A stretch of 64,000 nt of DNA, taken from positions 20,460 to 84,459 of the forward strand of contig DHRG01000026.1 of assembly GCA_002408285.1 (NCBI GenBank), read 5' to 3'. The number at the start of each line of letters is the position of its first letter. The stretch's first letter is position 1. Below the pieces are notes generated by a model, which was given only the letters and a program-made list of their open reading frames with translations, did not search any database and was not told the DNA's origin. The DNA is from Peptococcaceae bacterium UBA5318 (GTDB lineage: Bacteria > Bacillota > Peptococcia > DRI-13 > UBA5318). Positions 1-10,128 of this stretch are shown in pieces. The position numbers were made by a program, and so were the translations under genes.

Positions 1-471
1 TTAAAAACCCTGCGGCAATTAAAATATTCGCTTATGACCATTTCTTCTTTACTCGCTATGGCCTATTTGGTAAATTACTCCGGCCAATCCTATACGCTGG
101 GCCTGACCTTCGCTGCCACAGGGATTCTTTTTCCTTTCCTCTCGCCGATTTTAGGTTTGATTGGCACCTTCCTGACAGGTTCGGATACGTCGGCTAATGC
201 TCTTTTTGGCAAATTACAGCAGGTAACTGCGGAACAAATAGGCGTCAACCCGGTATTAACCGTTGCCGCCAATAGCGTAGGAGGGGTGGCTGGGAAAATG
301 ATCTCACCCCAATCCATCGCCGTAGCTTGCGGGGCCACTGGCTTAGTAGGAAAAGAAGCTGAACTGTTTCGCTTTACCCTGAAGCATAGTCTGCTTTTCG
401 CGGCCATGATCGGAATATTGACATTTTTGCAAGCCTATGTCTTACCCTGGATGATACCGGTCATGAATTAG
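1..471 (+). CDS. L-lactate permease (LctP) family transporter, C-terminal part; 5' end lies outside the window
   Basis: The frame is open from base 1, with no stop before the Met at 34. The product is hydrophobic and has LctP-type C-terminal motifs ([24 protein letters not shown]). Confidence 0.75.
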   Translation, partial: LKTLRQLKYSLMTISSLLAMAYLVNYSGQSYTLGLTFAATGILFPFLSPILGLIGTFLTGSDTSANALFGKLQQVTAEQIGVNPVLTVAANSVGGVAGKMISPQSIAVACGATGLVGKEAELFRFTLKHSLLFAAMIGILTFLQAYVLPWMIPVMN

Positions 472-472
472 T

Positions 473-1240
473 TTAGAGTATTAGTGAATCTCCGGGTCCC
501 TCGAAAAAAATTGTTTCAATAAAGTTATTTTTTACCCGCTGGTAGCTTTTCATTGTGGCGGCGATCCAGCCAAACCTGTCCATCGCCCGGTCAGGGAGAT
601 GGACGACGGCGATTTTACGGGGACGGATATATTTTTCAATACGCTGCCGATGGGCGGGAATGCCGATATTCGGAAAGGACGCGATCAACAGATCAATTTC
701 TTCCGCCACAAGATCCAGGTGGGCATAGTTTTCATCAATGGACATAGCGTCGCCCAGATGCAAAACTTTTTGGCCGTCCAGTTCGATCAGATAAGCCAAA
801 TTTTGTATACCGCTGAAATCCTGGCCGTCATGGAGCATAGAGATGGCCTGGATGGCCGCTCCCTTTGCAGTATAGCTTTCCTTGCCGTGCAAGGGTGGGT
901 TTAAGACAATAAAATTGTAGTCATCTGCAGCGGGCAGATGACTTTTTAGTTGTGATATGGCCGCCTGAGTCGCGATTACTGCTGTTTCGGGATGACGCCT
1001 GATAAACTCAGCCGTACTGCCGGGGTCAAAGTGGTCGCTATGATGGTGCGTATATAACATGGTATCAAGCCGGTCAAAGGGGGGAAGACCTTCAAGCAAT
1101 CGCTTTTTAATACCGGCGGGAGTACTCTTCCAGAAAGGAGTGTTAGACTGGCACAAACCGTCGATTAAAATTTTTTGATGAGGAAATTCGATCAAGACGC
1201 CGGCGTTGGATACATACGTGATATTCACCGGCTGATTCAT
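473..1240 (-). CDS. MBL-fold metallo-hydrolase
   Basis: HxHxDH metal motif ([11 protein letters not shown]) with later His/Asp ligands (HLGD, VVHLP). The start overlaps the metA stop as ATGA, suggesting translational coupling. Confidence 0.7.
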   Translation of the reverse strand: MNQPVNITYVSNAGVLIEFPHQKILIDGLCQSNTPFWKSTPAGIKKRLLEGLPPFDRLDTMLYTHHHSDHFDPGSTAEFIRRHPETAVIATQAAISQLKSHLPAADDYNFIVLNPPLHGKESYTAKGAAIQAISMLHDGQDFSGIQNLAYLIELDGQKVLHLGDAMSIDENYAHLDLVAEEIDLLIASFPNIGIPAHRQRIEKYIRPRKIAVVHLPDRAMDRFGWIAATMKSYQRVKNNFIETIFFEGPGDSLIL

Positions 1241-2154
1241 TTGATCTCCTTTAGGTCATAAGGCGTTTCCTGATACACATAATAATTGAGCCAGTTGACG
1301 TACAGCAGATTGGCATGGCCGCGCCATTTGACTATGGGAGGTTTGGTTGGGTCATCCTGAGGGAAATAATGCTGCGGAGGAGCAATGTTCAGCCGTTTGG
1401 CTACATCCCGCTCATATTCTGAACGCAAAGTAAAAGGGTCATATTCCGAATGGCCGGTGACAAAGATTTGCCGGCCATCTTTTGTTGCGACGATATAAAC
1501 GCCGGCTTCCTCCGATTCCGCCAGGATATCCAGTTCCGGCGCCCTTTCGATATCTTCCCGTCTGATTTCCGTATGGCGGGAATGGGGAGCAAAAAACTCA
1601 TCATCAAAACCACGTAACAGCTTGACATATTGTTTTTTAACAGCGTGGGGGTAAACGCCGGACAGTTTAGCCGGCAAATGATATTTGGGAATGCCATAAT
1701 AGTGATAGAGTCCGGCTTGGGCCGCCCAGCAGATATGGAAAGTGGAATGGACATGGGTAAGCTTCCAGTCCATAATCATCTGCAATTCCTCCCAGTAATC
1801 GACCTCTTCAAAGGGGATCTCTTCCACAGGAGCCCCGGTAATTATCATCCCGTCAAACTTCTGATCTTTTATTTCTTCAAACGTGTTATAAAAACTTAAC
1901 AAGTGGTTTTGCGGAGTATTTTTTGAAACGTGGGTTTTGGTATGCAGAAAAACAAGTTCCACTTGCAGAGGAGAATTGCCTAGCAAGCGCAGGATCTGGG
2001 TTTCGGTTGTGATCTTGTCGGGCATCAGGTTTAGAATGACAATTTGTAGCGGACGTATATCCTGATGATAAGCCCGGTTCTCACCCATCACAAAAATATT
2101 CTCACGGGTCAGGATCTCTGTAGTTGGCAAATTGTCGGGTATCTTGATGGGCAT
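1237..2154 (-). CDS. metA: homoserine O-acyltransferase (MetA family)
   Basis: 305 aa. The N-terminus [10 protein letters not shown]...ENIFVM and the HICWAAQ active-site region are typical of MetA/HTS. Confidence 0.9.
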   Translation of the reverse strand: MPIKIPDNLPTTEILTRENIFVMGENRAYHQDIRPLQIVILNLMPDKITTETQILRLLGNSPLQVELVFLHTKTHVSKNTPQNHLLSFYNTFEEIKDQKFDGMIITGAPVEEIPFEEVDYWEELQMIMDWKLTHVHSTFHICWAAQAGLYHYYGIPKYHLPAKLSGVYPHAVKKQYVKLLRGFDDEFFAPHSRHTEIRREDIERAPELDILAESEEAGVYIVATKDGRQIFVTGHSEYDPFTLRSEYERDVAKRLNIAPPQHYFPQDDPTKPPIVKWRGHANLLYVNWLNYYVYQETPYDLKEIK

Positions 2155-2166
2155 GGGTAGTCCTCC

Positions 2167-3456
2167 TTATTTCAAAGCTTTTTGCAAGGCTTGATCCAGA
2201 TCGAAGATGAGATCGTCAGGGTCTTCGATCCCAATGGATATCCGGATCATGTCGGGGGTGACGCCGGCTGCTTTTTGCGCCGCTTCATCTAATTGAGCAT
2301 GGGTCGTGCTGGCGGGATGAATTACCAGGGATTTGGCGTCGGCGACGTTAGCCAAAAGAGAGAATAGCTCCAGCGCTTCAATAAATTTCTTTCCTGTTTC
2401 CACGCCGCCCCGGATACCAAACGTAAAAATTGAACCGGCTCCTTTAGGGAGATATTTTTGAGCCAGGGGATAATACTTGCTGGTAGGCAGGCTGGGATAG
2501 TTCACCCAGGACACATGGGGATGTTGTGATAAAAAGTCAACAACCTTCCTGGTATTGGCAATATGTCTTTCAACCCGGAGCGAGAGAGTTTCCAAACCCT
2601 GGAGGAGCAAGAACGAGTTAAAGGGGCTTATGGCGGCTCCTGTATCACGCAGTAATTGGACGCGCACCTTGGTGATATAGGCGGCGGCCCCCACGTCCCG
2701 GGCGTAGTTCATTCCATGATAACTGGGGTCCGGTTCTGTAAGACCGGGAAATTTGCCGGAATCCAGCCAGTCGAATTTGCCGGAATCCACGATCAATCCA
2801 CCGATGGATGTGCCATGCCCCCCGATAAATTTGGTGGCGGAGTGGACCACAATATCGGCTCCAAAAGAAATGGGCCGGATGAGGTAGGGAGTGCCGAAGG
2901 TGTTGTCGATAATGAGGGGGATTTTGTGTAGATGAGCGATGTCAGCCACCTTTTCAATATCAATCAAATTAATGCTGGGATTACCAATGGTTTCAATATA
3001 AATGGCTTTGGTTTTCGCAGTGATAGCCTGCGCAAAACTTTCCGGCTCATCCGGATCAACAAAAATTGTTTTGATGCCCAGCTTTGGCAATGTGGCGGAA
3101 AAGAGAGTGTAAGTACCGCCGTAAAGGGTGCCGGCGGATACGATTTCATCCCCGGCCCCGGCAATATTTAAAATAGCGTAGGTCACTGCCGCGGAGCCTG
3201 AAGCAACCGCCAAGGCGCCCACTCCGCCTTCCAAGGCGGATATCCGCTGTTCTAAGACGTCGGTGGTGGGATTCATCATACGGGTATAAATATTTCCCGA
3301 TTCTTTCAGTGAAAAAAGGTTCGCCGCATGTTCCACATCCCGAAAAACATAAGAAGTGGTCTGGTAGATGGGGACCGCTCTTGACCCTGTGGCGGGATCC
3401 GGCGTTTGACCGGCGTGTACCTGCAGGGTATCAAATTTCCATTGGTTCAAACTCAT
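2167..3456 (-). CDS. metY: O-acetylhomoserine sulfhydrylase (PLP-dependent)
   Basis: Cys/Met-metabolism PLP family with the lysine motif [11 protein letters not shown] moved the start to the internal Met ([17 protein letters not shown]) at 3456, which has an AGGAGG 8 nt upstream. The ORF-track start at 3546 lacks an RBS. Confidence 0.9.
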   Translation of the reverse strand: MSLNQWKFDTLQVHAGQTPDPATGSRAVPIYQTTSYVFRDVEHAANLFSLKESGNIYTRMMNPTTDVLEQRISALEGGVGALAVASGSAAVTYAILNIAGAGDEIVSAGTLYGGTYTLFSATLPKLGIKTIFVDPDEPESFAQAITAKTKAIYIETIGNPSINLIDIEKVADIAHLHKIPLIIDNTFGTPYLIRPISFGADIVVHSATKFIGGHGTSIGGLIVDSGKFDWLDSGKFPGLTEPDPSYHGMNYARDVGAAAYITKVRVQLLRDTGAAISPFNSFLLLQGLETLSLRVERHIANTRKVVDFLSQHPHVSWVNYPSLPTSKYYPLAQKYLPKGAGSIFTFGIRGGVETGKKFIEALELFSLLANVADAKSLVIHPASTTHAQLDEAAQKAAGVTPDMIRISIGIEDPDDLIFDLDQALQKALK

Positions 3457-3487
3457 TGATGGGTTCCTCCTTGCCGAAAATTTTTTG

Positions 3488-4414
3488 CTAGTCAAACAGA
3501 TCGGTGGAAAGGTAGCGTTCGCCGCTGTCAGGCAGCAGTGCGACAATGGTTTTGTTTTGATTTTCCGGTCTTTTTGCCAGCTGAGTTGCGGCGTACACGG
3601 CAGCCCCTGAAGATATGCCGACCAGAATGCCTTCTAATTGGGCCAGCTTTTTTACAGTGGAGTACGCTCCAGCCGTTTTGACCGGGAAGATTTCGTCGGC
3701 AATATCGGGGTTGTAGATTTCCGGAATAAAATTAGCGCCGATCCCCTGGATTTTATGAGGGCCCGGCTTTCCGCCGGAAAGTATCGGCGAATCGAAAGGT
3801 TCCACAGCGACAATTTTAACGTCTGGTTTTTTGACCTTCAGGATTTCGCCAACGCCGGTGATGGTTCCGCCTGTGCCTACCCCGGCCACAAATATATCAA
3901 TTTCTCCGGCGGTGTCTTGCCAGATCTCTTCCGCAGTTGTTTTACGGTGTATTTCTGAGTTGGCGGGGTTTGTAAATTGTTGGGGAATGAAGGAGTGGGG
4001 GAGCTGGGCGGCTAACTCTTCGGCTTTTTCTATTGCGCCTTTCATACCCATGATGCCGGGGGTCAGAACTAATTCGGCTCCCAGGGCTTTTAAGAGATTT
4101 CTTCTTTCAATGCTCATCGTGTCCGGCATCGTAAGGATTAAGCGGTATCCCCTGGCGGCGGATACAAAAGCCAGCCCGATACCGGTGTTGCCGCTGGTGG
4201 GCTCGATAATGACCGAATCCTGCTGCAACAGGCCTTTCTCTTCGGCGTCCTGGATCATGGCATAACCTACTCTATCCTTGACGCTTCCCGCCGGATTAAA
4301 ATATTCCAGCTTAACTACCAGCTTCGCCTGCAGACCCATGGCCTTAGTATAGTTGACAAGCTCCAGCATAGGGGTATTTCCAATAAGTTGTGTAATATTT
4401 TTAGCAATCGCCAC
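3488..4414 (-). CDS. cysK: cysteine synthase A (O-acetylserine sulfhydrylase)
   Basis: PLP-lysine motif (PAGSVKDR) and a GTGGT loop. GTG start preceded by AGGAGG. Confidence 0.9.
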   Translation of the reverse strand: MAIAKNITQLIGNTPMLELVNYTKAMGLQAKLVVKLEYFNPAGSVKDRVGYAMIQDAEEKGLLQQDSVIIEPTSGNTGIGLAFVSAARGYRLILTMPDTMSIERRNLLKALGAELVLTPGIMGMKGAIEKAEELAAQLPHSFIPQQFTNPANSEIHRKTTAEEIWQDTAGEIDIFVAGVGTGGTITGVGEILKVKKPDVKIVAVEPFDSPILSGGKPGPHKIQGIGANFIPEIYNPDIADEIFPVKTAGAYSTVKKLAQLEGILVGISSGAAVYAATQLAKRPENQNKTIVALLPDSGERYLSTDLFD

Positions 4415-4494
4415 CGCCGGTACCCCTCCTTAATATATCATTAATGTATAATGTATCATTAAAATTGAGTTGAGCACCCAAAACCAGTTGAGTA

Positions 4495-4524
4495 CCAAAA
4501 AACCTCTTCTGGATAGAAGAGGCG
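4495..4524 (-). terminator. intrinsic terminator forming the expression platform of the S-box leader
   Basis: On the minus strand: CCTCTTCTATCCAGAAGAGG stem-loop followed by UUUUUU (plus-strand stem at 4503-4522, A-run at 4497-4502). Confidence 0.75.
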
Positions 4525-4527
4525 GCC

Positions 4528-4638
4528 TCTCTTCTTATCTTTCCGGGTATTCTCCGGAGGAATTAGCACCTTTCAGAATCACTGGAGGTTGCCGAAGGTT
4601 CATCGGGCCTTTCCCTCACCTTCTCTGGATAAGAAATC
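4528..4638 (-). promoter_or_regulatory. SAM-I (S-box) riboswitch
   Basis: The minus strand reads TTCTTATCCAGAGAAGGTGAGGGAAAGGCCCGATGAACCTTCGGCAACC...GGTGCTAATTCC...AGATAAGAAG. This matches the conserved S-box core and P1 closure (TTCTTATC/GATAAGAA). It lies in the leader of cysK-metY-metA. Confidence 0.85.
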
Positions 4639-4698
4639 ATATTCGGTTTATCCGGCTCATATCCTGTGAATACTACAGGACCAAACAACTTTGTTATT

Positions 4699-4727
4699 AA
4701 TATATATGTTGCAAACAACTTTGTCAA
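4699..4727 (-). promoter_or_regulatory. putative sigma-A promoter of the S-box operon
   Basis: Minus strand: TTGACA (4727-4722), 17-nt spacer, TATATT (4704-4699), just upstream of the riboswitch. Confidence 0.45.
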
Positions 4728-4749
4728 TCACTAAATTCAGGGGTTTTCC

Positions 4750-4778
4750 TTGACAAAACCGGGAGATAATTATATAGA
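4750..4778 (+). promoter_or_regulatory. putative promoter for the carbon-nitrogen hydrolase gene
   Basis: TTGACA (4750-4755), 17-nt spacer, TATAGA (4773-4778). Confidence 0.4.
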
Positions 4779-4836
4779 TTATTATACATTGATTTAATAT
4801 ATCCGACTTAAATAGCAGGGTATAGCGGGATGAAAG

Positions 4837-4910
4837 TAAAGGAAGGTAAAGGAAGGTAAAGGAAGGTAGAGGAAGGTAGAGGAAGGTAGAGGAAGAAAGG
4901 GAAGGTGGAG
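4837..4910. repeat. tandem 10-bp purine-rich repeat (GGAAGGTARA, about 6-7 units)
   Basis: The sequence reads ggaaggtaaa x3, ggaaggtaga x3, then degenerate copies (ggaagaaagg, gaaggtggag). It ends 4 nt before the ATG at 4915. Confidence 0.9.
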
Positions 4911-4914
4911 GGAG

Positions 4915-5736
4915 ATGGGAAAATTTCTTGCCGCTGCGGTACAGATCGACAGTCAAGGTGATAAACAAGAAAACCTAGCCAAAATTGAAAAACTAATTGA
5001 CGAAGCCGCCGGGCGGGGCGCGAAGCTGGTTGGTTTACCGGAAATGATGAACTACATAGGTGATGAAGCGGGCGAACAGGCTAATGCCGAAAGTATTACG
5101 GGACCTACTATCCAACGGTTGATGAAAAAAGCCAGGCAGCACAGCTTATGGCTGCACTGCGGCAGTATTTTTGAACGGATCCCCGGGGATAACAAACTGT
5201 ATAATACGACTGTTTTGCTGGACCCTCAGGGTGAAATTGCGGCTAGTTACCGTAAAATACATCTATTTGATGTGGAAGTAATGAACGGCCCCTCTGCACT
5301 CGAATCGCGCACCAAAAAGCCGGGGCGGGAAATCGTTGTGGTCCCTACCGGTTTGGCGAAAATCGGGCTCTCTATTTGCTATGACCTGCGTTTTCCTGAA
5401 ATTTATCGGATCATGGCTTTGCGGGGGACGGAGGTCTTTTTTGTGCCGGCGGAGTTTACTCTTTTCACCGGCAAAGACCACTGGGAAACCCTTTTACGGG
5501 CGCGGGCCATTGAGAACCAGTGCTACGTTATCGCCCCGGCGCAAATAGGGGTCAAACCTCGGTTTCAAACCTATGGAAAAAGTATGATCGTAGACCCCTG
5601 GGGCAATGTTATTGCCAAAAGCAGCGACCAGGAGGGAATAATACTCGCGGAAATAGACCTGGCTTTATTGTATCGGATACGGGCCCAGATCCCCGGTCTA
5701 AAAAACCGCAAGCCCGAATCGTATCAATGGGAATAA
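4915..5736 (+). CDS. carbon-nitrogen hydrolase (nitrilase superfamily, Nit-like)
   Basis: An E-K-C catalytic triad context is visible (GLPEM, YRKIHLF, LSICYDLRFPE). Confidence 0.8.
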   Translation: MGKFLAAAVQIDSQGDKQENLAKIEKLIDEAAGRGAKLVGLPEMMNYIGDEAGEQANAESITGPTIQRLMKKARQHSLWLHCGSIFERIPGDNKLYNTTVLLDPQGEIAASYRKIHLFDVEVMNGPSALESRTKKPGREIVVVPTGLAKIGLSICYDLRFPEIYRIMALRGTEVFFVPAEFTLFTGKDHWETLLRARAIENQCYVIAPAQIGVKPRFQTYGKSMIVDPWGNVIAKSSDQEGIILAEIDLALLYRIRAQIPGLKNRKPESYQWE

Positions 5737-5858
5737 AGTAGCAATAGGAATAAATTATTAATTAGGAGTAAATATTTAGAAAATTATTATAAACGGCAGG
5801 AAAAACAAACTTTATCCCGAATTATGGAAAACAGAATAAATATCTGCCGGGGTGCCAT

Positions 5859-6470
5859 ATGTTGGAGAAAATGTCGCGTAAAACCCAGATCATTGTTCTT
5901 GGGTTTCTTGGAATGATGCTTTTTTTTGCAGGAGTGAAGTATCAGGAAAGCCGCTTGAATTCACTAAACATTGACGCCCTGATCCCGGCGGAGGAGGAGA
6001 GCCGGGAAAAGCTCCAGCCGGAAGAAGATGCGCCGGCAGTAAAACTGTTGACAGTTCATGTGGTAGGTGCTGTCGAAAAACCGGGCGTCTATAGCCTGGA
6101 GTCCGGCAAACGGGTGGATGACGTCCTGAAAATGGCTCTTCCTACAGCCAAGGCCGATTTGAGCTTGCTTAATCTGGCGGCCCCGTTGGCGGACGGCAAA
6201 CAGATCTATGTCCCTGTCATAGGAGAGAAACAAGACGCGCACAGTACCTTTGCGGCCAGTTCACGGGGAAACGCCTCGCAAATCAACATTAATACCGCCG
6301 GGATAAATGAGTTGGATAAACTGCCCGGGATAGGACCGGCGCTAGCCCAGCGGATCATTGATTACCGGGAAAGTAAGGGCTTGTTTACCAGTATCAATGA
6401 TCTTACCAAGGTATCCGGTATTGGGCCGGCTGTCTTTGCCAAACTTAAAGATAAGATTTGTACAGAATAA
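5859..6470 (+). CDS. comEA: competence protein ComEA (DNA receptor)
   Basis: N-terminal TM segment, an SLBB-like region, and a C-terminal tandem helix-hairpin-helix (LPGIGPALAQRIIDYR...VSGIGPAVFAKL). Confidence 0.85.
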   Translation: MLEKMSRKTQIIVLGFLGMMLFFAGVKYQESRLNSLNIDALIPAEEESREKLQPEEDAPAVKLLTVHVVGAVEKPGVYSLESGKRVDDVLKMALPTAKADLSLLNLAAPLADGKQIYVPVIGEKQDAHSTFAASSRGNASQININTAGINELDKLPGIGPALAQRIIDYRESKGLFTSINDLTKVSGIGPAVFAKLKDKICTE

Positions 6471-6485
6471 TGCGGGACCGGGCCG

Positions 6486-8831
6486 ATGATGAGGTTCATG
6501 ATGAATAGGGCCTTACTATCTATTACCTGTGCTTTTATGGCTGGTATTATAATAGATCATACCCTCCGCTGGAGCGTTACGATATGGCTGGCCCTCGCCG
6601 GGGCGGCTTTTCTTGTCATGGCCTTTTTTTATGTTGATATCGGGAGAATTCCGGCCGGAAAAAAGAAAAAAGCAAAAGTAGTTTCCCTTTTTTTATGTGC
6701 CATCCTGCTCGGCGCCTGTTGGTATAGTCTAAGCCGGATTTCGGAAAATATTTATCCGGATTTGCCCGGCAAATATGTTACGGGCGAAGGGACCATCGTG
6801 ACCTATCCCCGCCCGGGCGAATATAATGCCACCTGTACGGTTGCCTTACAGAAGCTTGAGTATAGAGGTCAGCTTTTACCGGGTCTGGATAAAGTCTTGC
6901 TGAAGATAAAAAATCCTGCGGCAGGAAAGGGAGCGGCCTTTTTGCCGGGGAATAAAATTTCTTTTAACGGCCTTATCTCGCTCCCCAGCGGCGCCAGAAA
7001 CCCAGGCGAGTTCAATTACCGGGAGTATTTGGCTAATATGGGCGTCTTTCACATGGTGCAATGCGATCAAAAAGAGGTACGCCTCATTGAGCAGGGGCGG
7101 GGTTTTCGTATCGCGGCCGCGAAAGGGAGGGTGCGGATAAGCGAGTACCTGGCTAAAATCATGCCCCTTAAAGAAAGAGGACTGCTTTTAGGGATCCTGT
7201 TTGGCGATGTGACAGGTATAACTCCTGCTGATTGGGAAGGTTACCAACGGGCTGGAGTACTTCATCTCTTCGCAGTATCGGGCTTCAATGTAGCCTTTGT
7301 TTTGGGTATTGTCTGGTTCCTGCTTTCTTTTTTTCAGCCTAAACCTGTCTGGAAGCTGGCGGTCGGAATCCCCGTGCTCCTGGGATATTACTTTTTAGTA
7401 GGCTGGACGGCTTCCATTGTACGGGCCACTCTGATGGCTGTCTTGAGTATGCTGGCGGTTTTGGCGGACAGAAAAAAGGATATTTATACCGCCTTAAGTT
7501 TAGCGGCGCTCATCATCTTGCTCATTAGCCCCGGAGAACTCTTCCAGGTGAGCTTTCAGCTTTCTTTTATCGCTACTTTCGGAATAGTTTACCTGACGCC
7601 TTATTTAAACAGGCGGGGTTTAGGGAAGATCCTGGCGCCTACCCTCGCGGCACAGTTGGCCACCTGGCCTCTGGTTATTTATTACTTCAACCAGTTTTCG
7701 CTGATTGCTCCTTTTATGAATATCCTGGCGGTTGGAGCTTGCGGAATAGTCACAGTTATAGCCTTGCTGGGCTGTATGCTCGTCTGGCTCGTTCCCCTGC
7801 TGGCTTCGCCTTTGTTGCTGACAGCAGGTTTTATAATGTACCTGGTCAGCGAGTGTGTACTTTTCGCCGCCGGTTTAGAGTGGGCGAACCTTTTGCTGCC
7901 GACTCCCCCTATCCCTGTCATAGTTCTGGTTTATGGGGTCCTACTGGCGTTGCCTTATCTGCCGCGTTATAGCTGGCTGTTACGCCGTCTGCCGGGAATA
8001 GTAAAAACCGGTTGTGTAACCGTGGTGTTTTTGGCCCTATTCTGGCAAGCTTTTCTACACCAAGGTAAAATGGCCGTGACTTTTTTAGATGTTGGGCAAG
8101 GGGACAGTATTTTCATACAGACGCCGGGCGGAAATACAGTGTTAATTGATGGCGGCGGGAGCCCCGGTTCGGATTATGCGGTCGGTGAAAAGGTTATTAA
8201 ACCTTTTTTGGACCGGCGGGGCATCCGTAAAATTGATCTTATGGTAATGTCCCACAACCATACCGATCACAGCGAAGGCCTGATTGAACTCATACCCTTA
8301 GTGCGGGTCGGCGCTTTTGTCATGCCGCCCGCCGAAGAGAACAATGAGAATGAACAAAAAATAAGACAGCTTTGCCAAAAGTTTAAAATCCCGCTGCGGG
8401 AACTGACGGCCGGCCAATCGCTGAAGCTGGATCAGCACGTAGTGATGGAGGTCCTTCATCCGCCTCCTGATGATCTTGAGTCGGGGAATAATCATTCTCT
8501 TGTTCTGCGGGTAAGCTATCAAAAAACCAGTTGGCTCTTAACGGGGGATATTGAAAACCCGGCGCTTGAAAATCTGTTGAATACAAAGAAGGATCTGAGC
8601 GCCGATTTTCTTAAACTGCCCCACCATGGAAGTGTTTCTTCCTTTAACCCTGATTTTTACCAGGCTGTATCTCCGCAGGCCGTAGTAATTTCTGTGGGGG
8701 TGAATTTTTTTAACCAACCCCATCCCCAGGTAGAGGATTATTTCACTGCCCGGGAAATCCCTTTATATAATACCAGAGAACAGGGAGCGGTCATTACGGA
8801 AAGTGACGGAAAGAATATTTCCCTGCCATAA
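6486..8831 (+). CDS. comEC: DNA internalization competence protein ComEC/Rec2
   Basis: Polytopic competence domain plus a C-terminal MBL domain (SHNHTDHSEG, LPHHGS). Adjacent to comEA. Confidence 0.9.
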   Translation: MMRFMMNRALLSITCAFMAGIIIDHTLRWSVTIWLALAGAAFLVMAFFYVDIGRIPAGKKKKAKVVSLFLCAILLGACWYSLSRISENIYPDLPGKYVTGEGTIVTYPRPGEYNATCTVALQKLEYRGQLLPGLDKVLLKIKNPAAGKGAAFLPGNKISFNGLISLPSGARNPGEFNYREYLANMGVFHMVQCDQKEVRLIEQGRGFRIAAAKGRVRISEYLAKIMPLKERGLLLGILFGDVTGITPADWEGYQRAGVLHLFAVSGFNVAFVLGIVWFLLSFFQPKPVWKLAVGIPVLLGYYFLVGWTASIVRATLMAVLSMLAVLADRKKDIYTALSLAALIILLISPGELFQVSFQLSFIATFGIVYLTPYLNRRGLGKILAPTLAAQLATWPLVIYYFNQFSLIAPFMNILAVGACGIVTVIALLGCMLVWLVPLLASPLLLTAGFIMYLVSECVLFAAGLEWANLLLPTPPIPVIVLVYGVLLALPYLPRYSWLLRRLPGIVKTGCVTVVFLALFWQAFLHQGKMAVTFLDVGQGDSIFIQTPGGNTVLIDGGGSPGSDYAVGEKVIKPFLDRRGIRKIDLMVMSHNHTDHSEGLIELIPLVRVGAFVMPPAEENNENEQKIRQLCQKFKIPLRELTAGQSLKLDQHVVMEVLHPPPDDLESGNNHSLVLRVSYQKTSWLLTGDIENPALENLLNTKKDLSADFLKLPHHGSVSSFNPDFYQAVSPQAVVISVGVNFFNQPHPQVEDYFTAREIPLYNTREQGAVITESDGKNISLP

Positions 8832-8902
8832 ATAGTACAGACGGATGTAAAACTTATGATATAATTATGAAAGCACTAGCAAAGAAAAAGTGAGGATATA
8901 TA

Positions 8903-10126
8903 ATGCGCAAAATTGGTTTCTTTTTAGTGCTTTTCTTTTGTTTGTTAATTCTGTCGGGGACCCCCGTTCAGGCAGGCGAACTGCAGATTTCAGGGAAAAG
9001 TGCTGTATTACTGGATCAAAAAAGCGGACAAGTGCTTTATGACCAGGATAAGGATGCGAAGCTTTCACCAGCCAGTACCACCAAGATTCTTACAACGATC
9101 CTTGCCATTGAAAGTGGAAAATTGGATGATATCGTAACGATAGGCCCTAATCCGCCTTTGGTAGACGGGACCAGAGTGTACCTGGAAAGCGGAGAAACAG
9201 TAAAACTGCGGGATCTCGTTATGGCGGCCTTGGTCCCTTCGGCCAATGACGCGGCTTTAGCTATTGCGGAATACATAGCCGGTTCGCAAGAGGATTTTGC
9301 CAGGCTTATGAACGAAAAGGCTAAATCTTTGGGAGCCGTCAACAGTAATTTTGTGAACCCCCATGGTTTAACGGAAGAGAACCATTATACCACTGCCTAT
9401 GATTTAGCAGTGATTGCCCGTTATGCCATGAATAATGAAACCTTCCGGCAAATGGTCCAATCCAAAGTATACGATTGGGAAGGCAAGGCCTGGCAGACCA
9501 GGCTAATCAATCTCAATAAACTTCTCTGGAATTATGACGGGGCCGATGGGGTAAAAACGGGATATACTACAGAAGCTAAATCAACCCTTGTCGCGTCTGC
9601 GACACGGGATGACAGATCTTATATCTCCGTGATTTTAGGAAGTCCGGGGCAAACCATTTGGCAGGATTCGGAAAAAATTCTTGACTATGGCTTTGCCAAT
9701 CACCATTCGATAGAACTGGCCGCGCCGGGCGCCGGGGCTGCGACTGTCCGGATTGACCAAAACAAAACATTGCAGATGGTTGCAAAGGAGTCTTTTCGTC
9801 TTTCCTTGCCAAATGAAAGCAGTACGAAGGTGGAATCACAGCTGGAACTGTTTCCGTTTGTAAAAAACATTGCCGAAGGTGATGTTGTAGGGCAAATGGT
9901 TTTTGCGCTGGATGGGAAAGAAATGGGGCGGGTCGATTTATTAGCCGGTAATGCTGTGCGGATCACCCGTTTGAAAGTTATTGATTATATTCTTTATGCG
10001 GCGGCCGGTTTCTTTTTTCTGCAGCTTTTTTGGATCGTATTAGTCGCCTTTAACCGCAAACGGAAAAGGCGGAGCCAATATAGCTATAGGACTTCTTATA
10101 GGGGTTATTCCGACGGCAGGAGGTAG
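8903..10126 (+). CDS. D-alanyl-D-alanine carboxypeptidase (S11 family, PBP5-like)
   Basis: Signal peptide, SxxK (SPASTTKILT), SxN (VPSANDAA), KTG (VKTGYT), and a C-terminal membrane anchor. Confidence 0.85.
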   Translation: MRKIGFFLVLFFCLLILSGTPVQAGELQISGKSAVLLDQKSGQVLYDQDKDAKLSPASTTKILTTILAIESGKLDDIVTIGPNPPLVDGTRVYLESGETVKLRDLVMAALVPSANDAALAIAEYIAGSQEDFARLMNEKAKSLGAVNSNFVNPHGLTEENHYTTAYDLAVIARYAMNNETFRQMVQSKVYDWEGKAWQTRLINLNKLLWNYDGADGVKTGYTTEAKSTLVASATRDDRSYISVILGSPGQTIWQDSEKILDYGFANHHSIELAAPGAGAATVRIDQNKTLQMVAKESFRLSLPNESSTKVESQLELFPFVKNIAEGDVVGQMVFALDGKEMGRVDLLAGNAVRITRLKVIDYILYAAAGFFFLQLFWIVLVAFNRKRKRRSQYSYRTSYRGYSDGRR

Positions 10127-10128
10127 AT

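Noticed and set aside
4837-4910. Considered whether the tandem repeats (4837-4910, 60648-60689, 34347-34392) are CRISPR arrays.
   Set aside because: The units are 10-23 nt, directly adjacent with no spacers, and no cas genes are present.
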